Below, piece by piece: positions 30,054 to 38,110 of a DNA stretch of 64,000 nucleotides. The notes under the pieces were generated by a model. The model searched no databases, was not told the DNA's origin, and saw only the letters and a list, made by a program, of their open reading frames with translations. Position 1 is the stretch's first letter; the number at the start of each line of letters is the position of its first letter. The translations under genes were made by a program, and so were the position numbers. Origin of the DNA: a bacterium (GTDB lineage: Bacteria > Margulisbacteria > WOR-1 > O2-12-FULL-45-9 > XYB2-FULL-48-7); assembly GCA_043812655.1 (NCBI GenBank), contig JBDRLW010000003.1, positions 47,580 through 111,579 of the forward strand, read 5' to 3'.

Positions 30054-30340
30054 CGACAGAGACCCTGGTGCTACAATCGTCCCCGATCATTACGACCGGC
30101 TATATTATGCAAGTGTTTCTTTCCCTTTTGATCGTCGTGGCCCTGATCTACGTCGGCGCCAAGTATCTTTTGCCCAAGTTCAAGGTTGACAGCCGAAGTA
30201 AGCTGATCAAGATCGTCGACCGCGTCTACCTGGAGCCGCAAGTTAGCGCTTACATATTAAAGGTCGGCAAAAAAGCCTGGCTCTTGGCGGTTAGCAATAA
30301 ACAGATCACCAAAATTGACCAGGTCGAAGAGGAGTTTTAA
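30050..30340 (+). CDS. fliO: FliO-like export chaperone
   Basis: Single TM plus beta domain, between fliN and fliP. Confidence 0.7.
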   Translation: MTTETLVLQSSPIITTGYIMQVFLSLLIVVALIYVGAKYLLPKFKVDSRSKLIKIVDRVYLEPQVSAYILKVGKKAWLLAVSNKQITKIDQVEEEF

Positions 30341-31005
30341 TGGCACCGCTTGATTTTAACCAGCTCCTCGCTTCGCCCCAATTTTCTAACAGCATCAATG
30401 TGATCCTCTCGCTCGCTATGATCTCGCTGATCCCTTTCTTTTTGGTCTCTGTCACTTCATTCTTGCGGATCATTATTGTTTTCTCGCTTTTGCGGACAGC
30501 GATCGGCACCCAGCAAGTCCCGCCCAGCTCTGTTCTGCTTGGGCTAGCGCTTTTCATGACGGTTTTTATCATGTCGCCGGTCTGGCAGGAGATCAACACT
30601 AACGCAGTTATCCCTTACAACACTAAAAAGATCTCGCAGGCCAAAGCCTTTGAAGTCGGCTCAAAACCACTGATGCAATTCATGCTCAAACAGACCAGGG
30701 AAAAAGATCTAGCGCTTTTTGTCCAGTTCTCCAAGATCCCGCCGCCCAAAACCGCCGACCAAGTCCCGTTCTATGTTCTAGTCCCGTCCTTTATGATCTC
30801 GGAGCTTAAAACCGCTTTCCAGATCGGCTTTTTGCTCTTTATCCCATTTGTTATTATTGACCTGGTCGTCGCTAATATTTTACTGTCACTCGGCATGTTC
30901 ATGTTGTCGCCAGTCATGGTCTCCCTTCCTTTCAAGATCCTTTTATTTGTCCTGGTCGACGGTTGGAATTTGATCACCCGCGGCCTGCTGATGAGTTTTA
31001 AATGA
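30340..31005 (+). CDS. fliP: Export gate protein FliP
   Basis: TSFLRIIIV, GTQQVPP, SELKTAFQIGF, LFVLVDGW motifs. Confidence 0.95.
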   Translation: MAPLDFNQLLASPQFSNSINVILSLAMISLIPFFLVSVTSFLRIIIVFSLLRTAIGTQQVPPSSVLLGLALFMTVFIMSPVWQEINTNAVIPYNTKKISQAKAFEVGSKPLMQFMLKQTREKDLALFVQFSKIPPPKTADQVPFYVLVPSFMISELKTAFQIGFLLFIPFVIIDLVVANILLSLGMFMLSPVMVSLPFKILLFVLVDGWNLITRGLLMSFK

Positions 31006-31271
31006 ACCAAGATTTTGCCGTAAATGTTTTGTATCAGGCCATTTATCTGACGCTCCTTATTTCCGCTCCAGCCGTCGGCATTGGCCTCTTGGTCGGTTTT
31101 ATTATCAGCCTCTTCCAGGCGGTTACCCAGATCCAAGAGCAAACGCTAACCTTTGTCCCTAAAGTGATCTCGGTTTTATTAATGATCGCTTTTACTTCGC
31201 CTTGGATCTTTTCCATGATCGTTGATTTTACCAACACCCTCTGGAGCGCTATTCCTAACATGGCCAAATGA
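31002..31271 (+). CDS. fliQ: Export gate protein FliQ
   Basis: FQAVTQIQEQTLTFVPK. Confidence 0.95.
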   Translation: MNQDFAVNVLYQAIYLTLLISAPAVGIGLLVGFIISLFQAVTQIQEQTLTFVPKVISVLLMIAFTSPWIFSMIVDFTNTLWSAIPNMAK

Positions 31272-32041
31272 TCATCTCGAGCATCCAGCTAACGGCTGGA
31301 CTTTTGATCCTAGCCCGGATCGCCGGCGTTTTTATCCAAGCCCCATTGTTTAGTTCCAGAAGCTTCCCCATGCAAGCCAAAACGGCTTTCGCAATTTGGC
31401 TGGCTGCCCTGCTCTGGTTCGTTACTCCTATTTCGCCAGGATTGCCAACTGATTTTTTTTCATTCGTTATCGCTTTAACGTTTGAAGTTATTATCGGCTA
31501 CTTGATCGGTTTTGTCTGTTATATCATTTTTATCGCCCTGCAATCAGGCGGCGAAATTATCGACCTGCAAATGGGGTTATCCGTCGCGTCGGCCCTTGAC
31601 CCGGTCTTTGGCGCGGTCATTTCGGTCATTGGCCGCTTGATCTTTTTTGTCACACTGCTTATTTTTATTACTTTAGACGGGCACCACCTGCTCCTTTCCG
31701 CTTTTCATCAAAGCTTCACACTTATTCCAGCCGGGAAGATCCCTAACCTTATGTCTTACGACTTATTTAACCAGCTGATGGGCCTCGGAACAATGCTCTG
31801 GTTAACCGCGATCAAGATCGCCGCCCCCATTATCCTTTTAATATTTTTGGCCGATTTTACGTTTGGCATCGTTTCGCGCGTCGCTCCTCAAGTTAATGTC
31901 TTCATGTTAGGTTTCCAGATCAAGCCGATCTTGGGTCTTTTTGCTATTTCCCTCCTTAGCCCCTTTCTGTTAAGATACGTAGAGAAATTAATTGAAGTGA
32001 TGGGGTCAGAAGTCCTCAAACTTCTAACCATTATCAAATAG
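31268..32041 (+). CDS. fliR: Export gate protein FliR
   Basis: GEIIDLQMG, DGHHLL, RVAPQVNVF motifs. Confidence 0.93.
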   Translation: MIISSIQLTAGLLILARIAGVFIQAPLFSSRSFPMQAKTAFAIWLAALLWFVTPISPGLPTDFFSFVIALTFEVIIGYLIGFVCYIIFIALQSGGEIIDLQMGLSVASALDPVFGAVISVIGRLIFFVTLLIFITLDGHHLLLSAFHQSFTLIPAGKIPNLMSYDLFNQLMGLGTMLWLTAIKIAAPIILLIFLADFTFGIVSRVAPQVNVFMLGFQIKPILGLFAISLLSPFLLRYVEKLIEVMGSEVLKLLTIIK

Positions 32042-32053
32042 AAGGAGAGAAAA

Positions 32054-33154
32054 ATGGCCGAAGGCGGCGATAAATCAGAAGAACCAACGCCCCACCGCCT
32101 GCGCGAAGCCCGGGAAAAGGGCCAGGTCGCCAAAAGCAAGGAAATTACGACTGCTTTTCTGCTTCTTCTTTCCTATTTTATTTTCCGCTATTTAGGCGAA
32201 TTTATGTGGCGCAACCTAGTGGAAATGGCCCAAGGAATATTCCAGCTTATTCCACAGGCTAAAGAGTTCAACCTTTCTTTTGCCGGTTATGTTATGCTGA
32301 TCGGCCTGCGGGCCATGGCGTTTGTCCTCCTCCCTATTTTAGGGTCGGTTTTTCTCATCGGTTTTTTAGCGGAGGCGCTGCAAACCGGTTTGGTCTTTGC
32401 CGCTGATCCCCTAAGCCCAAAAATAGAAAGGATCAACCCGCTCGAAGGGTTTAAGCGGATGTTTTCAATCCAAGGGTTTGTTGAGCTTTTAAAATCTCTT
32501 TTAAAGATCATCATTGTTTTCTATATCTCTTGGTACGCTTGTAAAGATGACCTCCCTTACATTATTGTTTTGATCGAAGCCCATCCTTGGGACGCGCTCG
32601 TCTTGGGCGGTGACATTGCCTACCGGATCGCGATCAGGGTCGGCATGTTCTATATTGCCATCGCCATCCTGGATTATTTTTACAAACGCTGGGAATACAT
32701 GCGTAATCTCAAGATGACCAAACAGGAAGTGAAGGAAGAATATAAGCGGCTGGAAGGAGACCCAATGGTCAAGCAAAGGATGCGCGACCTCCAGCGCCAG
32801 GTAGCCCAACAGCGGATGATGTCGGCTGTGCCCAAAGCGGACGTGGTCGTCACCAACCCCACCCATTTGGCGATCGCCTTAAAATACGACGTCGCAAAAA
32901 TGAAAGCGCCGGTCGTTTTAGCCAAGGGGGAAAGAAAGATCGCGGAAGAAATCCGGCGCATTGCCGAAGCCCATGAAATAAGCATTGTCAGGAATGAAGT
33001 TCTAGCCCGGTCAATTTATAAAACGACCAGAGTTAACCAAGAAGTTCCCGCCGATCTTTACCAGGCGATCGCTGAAGTCCTAGCGTACGTTTACAAGATT
33101 AAAAGAGACAGGGAAGCCAGGAAAAAAGCGTCTATTGCCCTGGCTCCCAGGTAG
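32054..33154 (+). CDS. flhB: Export switch protein FlhB
   Basis: KSEEPTPHRL, EGDP, NPTH autocleavage motif. Confidence 0.96.
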   Translation: MAEGGDKSEEPTPHRLREAREKGQVAKSKEITTAFLLLLSYFIFRYLGEFMWRNLVEMAQGIFQLIPQAKEFNLSFAGYVMLIGLRAMAFVLLPILGSVFLIGFLAEALQTGLVFAADPLSPKIERINPLEGFKRMFSIQGFVELLKSLLKIIIVFYISWYACKDDLPYIIVLIEAHPWDALVLGGDIAYRIAIRVGMFYIAIAILDYFYKRWEYMRNLKMTKQEVKEEYKRLEGDPMVKQRMRDLQRQVAQQRMMSAVPKADVVVTNPTHLAIALKYDVAKMKAPVVLAKGERKIAEEIRRIAEAHEISIVRNEVLARSIYKTTRVNQEVPADLYQAIAEVLAYVYKIKRDREARKKASIALAPR

Positions 33155-33174
33155 GTATATAATCGAGGGAAATC

Positions 33175-35262
33175 ATGGCAGCACCTGGACTTGACCTAAG
33201 GGATATCCGCAAACTTTTCTCGACCGGCGATTTCATGGTTGCCGGCGTTCTTGTTGTCATTATCGCTTTGATGCTGGTTCCCCTTCCCCCTTTCTTCCTG
33301 GATATTTTACTCACGATGAACATTGCTTTTTCACTTGTCATATTACTAGTGGCAATGTATCTAAAAGAGCCGCTGGAATTCGCCTCCTTCCCCTCGATCC
33401 TCTTGATAGTTACGGTCTTGCGCTTGGCCCTTAACATCGCGGCTTCCCGGCTCATCCTTTCTAATGCTTATGCCGGCCAAGTGGTCGAGGCTTTCGGTAA
33501 TTTCGTCGTCGGCGGAAATTATATCGTTGGCACGATCATTTTTATCATCATTACGATCGTTAATTTCGTTGTCATCACCAAAGGTTCGGAGCGGGTAGCC
33601 GAAGTTGCCGCCCGGTTCACCTTGGACGCGATGCCCGGCAAACAAATGTCGATCGATGCCGATCTCAACGCCGGACTGATCGACGCGACCGAAGCCCGGG
33701 GAAGACGGCGGAAGATAGAACAAGAGGCAACTTTCTTTGGCAGTATGGACGGTGCCAATAAATTTGTCCGTGGAGACTCTATTGCCGGCATCATTATCGT
33801 CATAGTAAATATTTTGGGTGGTGTCCTGGTCGGCTGGCTTCAGCTAGGGATGGCTCCGCTGGAAGCCCTCTCAATCTATGCCCTGTTGACCATTGGCGCC
33901 GGGCTGATCGCCCAGGTTACCGCCCTGCTTATCTCGATCGGCACCGGTTTAGTCATTACCAAATCTGCCTCGGAGCTTAGCCTTGGCAACGACGTCTCCA
34001 AACAACTTTTTGCCCAGCCAAGAGCTTTCGCTTTCGTCTGTCTGATCCTTGGCATCTTTGCGATGATCCCGGGATTGCCAACTGTCCCCTTTTTAATAAT
34101 GGCGTCAGCTTCCGGCGCCTTAGCGCTTGTCTTACTGCGCGCCCAATCGGCGTCAGAAGAAGCAAAGGTCGTGACCGAAGAGGTCTCCGCCAAAGATGTC
34201 CTGAAAAAACCGGAAAGCATCCTTGGCACGCTCGGGCTTGATCCGCTCTCCCTAAAAGCGGGGCGTAATTTGATCCCGCTGATCGACCCTGGCCAAAAAG
34301 GCCCGCTGCTTGAGCGGATCACTTTGATCCGTTACAACATCGGCCAGGAGCTTGGGTTTGTCATCCCCGGAGTCCGGGTCATGGATGACCTGAGCCTGCC
34401 GCCGCAGCAGTATACCGTTGAGATCCGAGGGACCAAAGTCTCGAACGGTGAAGCTTATGTCGGCAGCCATCTAATTGATATGTCGCTCGCCCAAGCCAAG
34501 GCCAAAAAACTTTCTGGCATTGAAGCCAAGGACCCATTATCAAATGACCTGGTCACTTGGGTGCCGGATGATCTTCTTCCCCAACTGCAAAAGCTGGGGA
34601 TCACCGCTAAGCCACCAGTTGATGTCATCTCCGACCATTTCTCGGAGATCGTAAAGCGTTACGCCGACGAAATAATGACGAGGCAAAATGTCCAGTCGCT
34701 CATTGAATTAGTTAAAAATAATAATGCCGCGATCGTCCGCGAGCTTATCCCCGACCTCTTATCTCTCGGCCAAGTGCATAAAGTCTTGCAGCTCTTGGTC
34801 AGGGAGCGCGTTTCTATCCGCGACCTGTCAACGATCCTTGAACGTTTAGCTGATTATGCCCATCTTTCAAGAGATATTAATATTTTGGCCGAATACGTCA
34901 GGCAATCGCTGGCAAGGCAAATATGCGAAGCTTACACGGATAAGAAAGGGGTTATTACGGTCGTCACCATCGATCCGGGCTTGGAAGAAACCTTGATCGG
35001 TTCGATCCACCAATCAGAGTATGGTTCTTTCTTGGCGGTCGATCCCAATGTCGGCGAAAAGATATTGGTCCAAATTTCCGGCCACATCCAAAACTTTAAA
35101 CGCTTAAAACTTAAGCCGGTCATCCTTTGCTCCCCAAGATTACGGCCGCACTTTAAACGCTTTATAGAAAGAAGCTATCCTGACCTGGCCGTCCTTTCTT
35201 ATAATGAAATTGTCCCGCAAGTCAAAGTCCAATCGATCGGCATGATCGGGGTCGAGTCATAA
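33175..35262 (+). CDS. flhA: Export apparatus protein FlhA
   Basis: RVAEVAARFTLDAMPGKQMSIDADL, GSMDGANKFVRGD, VLSYNEI motifs. Confidence 0.97.
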   Translation: MAAPGLDLRDIRKLFSTGDFMVAGVLVVIIALMLVPLPPFFLDILLTMNIAFSLVILLVAMYLKEPLEFASFPSILLIVTVLRLALNIAASRLILSNAYAGQVVEAFGNFVVGGNYIVGTIIFIIITIVNFVVITKGSERVAEVAARFTLDAMPGKQMSIDADLNAGLIDATEARGRRRKIEQEATFFGSMDGANKFVRGDSIAGIIIVIVNILGGVLVGWLQLGMAPLEALSIYALLTIGAGLIAQVTALLISIGTGLVITKSASELSLGNDVSKQLFAQPRAFAFVCLILGIFAMIPGLPTVPFLIMASASGALALVLLRAQSASEEAKVVTEEVSAKDVLKKPESILGTLGLDPLSLKAGRNLIPLIDPGQKGPLLERITLIRYNIGQELGFVIPGVRVMDDLSLPPQQYTVEIRGTKVSNGEAYVGSHLIDMSLAQAKAKKLSGIEAKDPLSNDLVTWVPDDLLPQLQKLGITAKPPVDVISDHFSEIVKRYADEIMTRQNVQSLIELVKNNNAAIVRELIPDLLSLGQVHKVLQLLVRERVSIRDLSTILERLADYAHLSRDINILAEYVRQSLARQICEAYTDKKGVITVVTIDPGLEETLIGSIHQSEYGSFLAVDPNVGEKILVQISGHIQNFKRLKLKPVILCSPRLRPHFKRFIERSYPDLAVLSYNEIVPQVKVQSIGMIGVES

Positions 35263-35303
35263 ATGTTTACAATTCCCCCCGCCTTTGCTACAATATCAAG
35301 GCC

Positions 35304-35513
35304 TTGACAATACGACGGATAGACCAATCAAAATCAAAAGAGTTACGGAAGATCGGCCGCGCCGGCATAGAAGATGCCCCGCCAGCCGGTATCTCTCCAG
35401 TTTTACGGGCTTCCTGGCGCTTTGCCAGGGACACAGCCGAAAGATTTAATAAGGAACTGCTAAACGACCGGACAAAAGAATTCCTTAAAAGTTTAGCTAG
35501 AAAGTTCTCATGA
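35304..35513 (+). CDS. Small hypothetical protein coupled to the sigma gene
   Basis: 69 aa ORF whose stop overlaps the sigma ATG (ATGA); preceded by TTTACA-N17-TACAAT. Confidence 0.5.
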   Translation: MTIRRIDQSKSKELRKIGRAGIEDAPPAGISPVLRASWRFARDTAERFNKELLNDRTKEFLKSLARKFS

Positions 35514-36100
35514 CCACGCGCCGTGAAGTTGAAGACCGCATAGTCTCCCTTATCCGCGAACAATTCCTAAAGCATAGCGATGAAACGCTTGAAAAATATA
35601 AGAACCAGATCAATGCTACCGTTAGATGGTATGTCTCCACCCTGCCCCGCCATATCGCTTCTTCGGAGGCGCATGACCTGGAATCGGAAGCCAAGATCGC
35701 GTTCGTCGAATGTTTAAAGACCTGGGACCCGCGGAAAGGCAATTTGTGGACGTATGTCTCGGTCCGCCTCAAAGGCTCGATGCAGGATTACCTCCGCAAG
35801 CGCGGCGGCGACCCGGTGGCCGGCCTGTACGAATTCGTCGCTTCGGCCGCCAATGTCTACATGGCTTTTAACAAGAAGAATATTGTCCATGAAGAAGTCG
35901 ATAAGCTCTCAAACCTGGATTCGGTCATGAAAGACTTTTCAAACAAAGAAAAAACCGTGCTGGAAAATTATTATCAGAATGACAAGACCTTTAAAGAGAT
36001 AGGCAAAGAGATCGGCCTTTCCGAATCGCAAGTTTCGCGCATTTGCAAAGAAGCCACTCTCAAATTGAAAAAAGGTTTAAAAGCCGAAGACGAAGAATAA
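35510..36100 (+). CDS. FliA/WhiG (sigma28)-like sigma factor, short form
   Basis: WDPRKGNLWTYVSVRLKGSMQDYLR (region 2) and TFKEIGKEIGLSESQVSRI (region 4); only 196 aa. Confidence 0.8.
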   Translation: MTTRREVEDRIVSLIREQFLKHSDETLEKYKNQINATVRWYVSTLPRHIASSEAHDLESEAKIAFVECLKTWDPRKGNLWTYVSVRLKGSMQDYLRKRGGDPVAGLYEFVASAANVYMAFNKKNIVHEEVDKLSNLDSVMKDFSNKEKTVLENYYQNDKTFKEIGKEIGLSESQVSRICKEATLKLKKGLKAEDEE

Positions 36101-36146
36101 TTGGGGCCCCCAGGATCAGAGGCCCCAATCGCTAGTCACTCCCCAG

Positions 36147-36371
36147 TTATTTCACGCAATGAGTTTTACTTTTGTGACAATTTTTTGGACAACCGCAATC
36201 ACGGCATTTTTTAGCAGGATCGCATTTGGTTTTGTCACAAGTTTGGCAGAGCTTCACTGGACAATTGCCGGCCTGGCATTTGGCAAGAACTGGTTCTTTT
36301 ACCGCGGCCAGAGCAACGCTTCCGCCTAAGATCAAAGCCAAGAGAAGTGAAGACAATATCGTTTTTTTCAT
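36147..36371 (-). CDS. Small exported Cys-rich protein
   Basis: Signal peptide plus 10 Cys in 74 aa; SD AGGAGG. Confidence 0.65.
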   Translation of the reverse strand: MKKTILSSLLLALILGGSVALAAVKEPVLAKCQAGNCPVKLCQTCDKTKCDPAKKCRDCGCPKNCHKSKTHCVK

Positions 36372-36421
36372 AAGAGACCTCCTAAATTTTATTTGATCAG
36401 GATCAGTACAAATGGCTGGTC

Positions 36422-36733
36422 TTAAGCTAAAGGCGGGCCATTGGGAGGGTGCAAGATCTTATTTTGCACCGAAGAATAGAGAGGAGCTATTTCTCTGACT
36501 TTAAAAAGAGCCGAAATTTTTAAGATCGGCATGGCTTTATTCGAAGCGGCAAGGCTAGTTAAATGCAGCGTTGGCGTTTCAAATTGGCTATCGGCTACTT
36601 TATCTTGCGCCGACTCCATCGAGCATTGGTTGGTTTCATGATGGCAACAATTACAATGGGTTTGCGTATAACAGACCGGCTGGCTAATTAAAAAAAACGG
36701 CAAAAGATAGGCAAGGCACATCTTTTTAAGCAT
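36422..36733 (-). CDS. Small Cys/His-rich protein with proline-rich C-terminus (DUF2946-like architecture)
   Basis: Hydrophobic N-terminus, HCNCCHH..CSM, C-terminal HPPNGPPLA. Confidence 0.5.
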   Translation of the reverse strand: MLKKMCLAYLLPFFLISQPVCYTQTHCNCCHHETNQCSMESAQDKVADSQFETPTLHLTSLAASNKAMPILKISALFKVREIAPLYSSVQNKILHPPNGPPLA

Positions 36734-36852
36734 GTTATAAGTGTAGGCATTAAAACTGATAAAAGCAAGGGTTTACAGACAAATCTTGAGTTGTTTAATG
36801 ATGATCAATGTTGTCGCTGCCAATCTTTTAGTGTAAAATGATGACTTATCAT

Positions 36853-36925
36853 GCGGGAGTAGCTCAGCTGGTAGAGCTTCTGCTTCCCAAGCAGACGGTC
36901 GCGGGTTCGAACCCCGTCTCCCGCT
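36853..36925 (+). tRNA. tRNA-Gly(CCC)
   Basis: Acceptor GCGGGAG/CTCCCGC; anticodon arm TCTGC-TTCCCAA-GCAGA. Confidence 0.95.
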
Positions 36926-36933
36926 TTTTTATT

Positions 36934-37004
36934 GGCGGCATGGCCGAGTGGTTAGGCAGCGGTCTGCAAAACCGTTTACTCCAGTTCAAATCTGGATGCC
37001 GCCT
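36934..37004 (+). tRNA. tRNA-Cys(GCA)
   Basis: Acceptor GGCGGCA/TGCCGCC; anticodon loop CTGCAAA; U73 discriminator. Confidence 0.95.
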
Positions 37005-37027
37005 TGTGTTATAATTATTGTATTGAT

Positions 37028-37396
37028 GCGCGCTTAGTCCCGACGATTCGACTTGCGTCGAATGTCGGGATCCCGATTTCCGCTGTAAGCGGAACATCGG
37101 GACTCAGCTGGTTAGAGTACTTGTCCCGATGGTCATTAGAATAGATAGTAATGGAATCATCGGGATCCCGAGGCTGAAGCTACCATTATTGCGCGCGCGC
37201 TTAGCTCAGCTGGTTAGAGTACTTGCTTGACAGGCAAGGGGTCACAGGTTCGAAACCTGTAGCGCGCAATAATGGATTAGTTTACTCGGGACTTGACAGG
37301 TGCCTTGACTTAGCTCGGCACAGGCAAGGGGTCACAGGTTCGCCTGCCCCGAGCGAGGAACGAAGTGACGAGTCGAGGGGAAACCTGTAGCGCGCA
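37028..37396 (+). pseudogene. Outer, fragmented tRNA-Val(GAC) copy split by four inserts
   Basis: Pieces 37028-37037, 37103-37123, 37292-37300, 37325-37342 and 37381-37396 join to 74 nt identical to the inner gene. Confidence 0.85.
37195..37268 (+). tRNA. tRNA-Val(GAC), intact, nested in a TCCCGAG..CTCGGGA hairpin insert
   Basis: Acceptor GCGCGCT/AGCGCGC; anticodon arm CTTGC-TTGACAG-GCAAG; GGTTCGAAACC T arm. Confidence 0.95.
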
Positions 37397-37402
37397 TTTT
37401 TA

Positions 37403-38006
37403 TTACCCCGCTCGCTGGAAGGCGTAAAACTCTCCACCATTAAAACAACCCCTATCTGTAAAATCTCTTGGTGGGAAAAGTCGGTCATTACTGCAACGAC
37501 AAGAAATTATCCAGGTCCCCGGTTTTAATTCCAATAAAGCTTTTCCCATTAAGGGAAAAAAATCATGGCAAAAAGGCAAAAAAAAAGGAAACCACATTAA
37601 AAGTACAAAGGTCCGCTTCTAAGAAATCTTGGTTACGAAACGTAATATTGCGGACGTCAAAGCTAGCCCTGATCTCTTCGGCCGCATTGTAAATGTCAAG
37701 ATCAATTTCAAATCCGGTCACTCTCATAAACCGGGTCGCGGCATAAAAGGCATCCAAACCAAAACCGGTCCCTAAAATCCCTAAAGATTGACCGGTCCCT
37801 AGTCCTAATTCGTCAACATAAGTCACAAAATGGTCGACCGGCATCGCCCAGTAAATCGCGTCCCGCGGCCCCGCTGTCCCAAAAACTCGATTATCAAGCG
37901 AGGGGTTAAAACCACTTTTTTGATAGACATAATCACGCTCGGCGTTATGGACCGCTTGTTTGATCGCCGGTAATTTTTTCCTGTCCAATAATCTCCCAAC
38001 TCTCAT
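37403..38006 (-). pseudogene. Class I SAM methyltransferase frameshifted at a T9 tract
   Basis: ILGTGFG, GFEID, QDFL motifs in 38006-37563; the reading continues in another frame as FLPFCHDFFPLMGKALLELKPGTWIIS; A9 at 37578-37586. Confidence 0.7.
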
Positions 38007-38012
38007 GATTTT

Positions 38013-38040
38013 TTATCGGTGGTTTCTTTTGGGGATTTCA
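38013..38040 (-). promoter_or_regulatory. Sigma28-like promoter candidate
   Basis: TGAAAT-N16-CGATAA, 6 nt before the ATG. Confidence 0.5.
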
Positions 38041-38110
38041 AGTAATATTACTTTTTACAATAGAAGATAGAATTTTTTTGGCAGATGTTCTATAATTCAC
38101 TCAAGTTATA

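Noticed and set aside
11624..37396. Group I/II introns or archaeal BHB introns as the explanation for tRNA inserts
   Set aside because: Inserts are 19-179 bp simple hairpins with no ribozyme core, and I could not see bulge-helix-bulge motifs at the junctions by eye.
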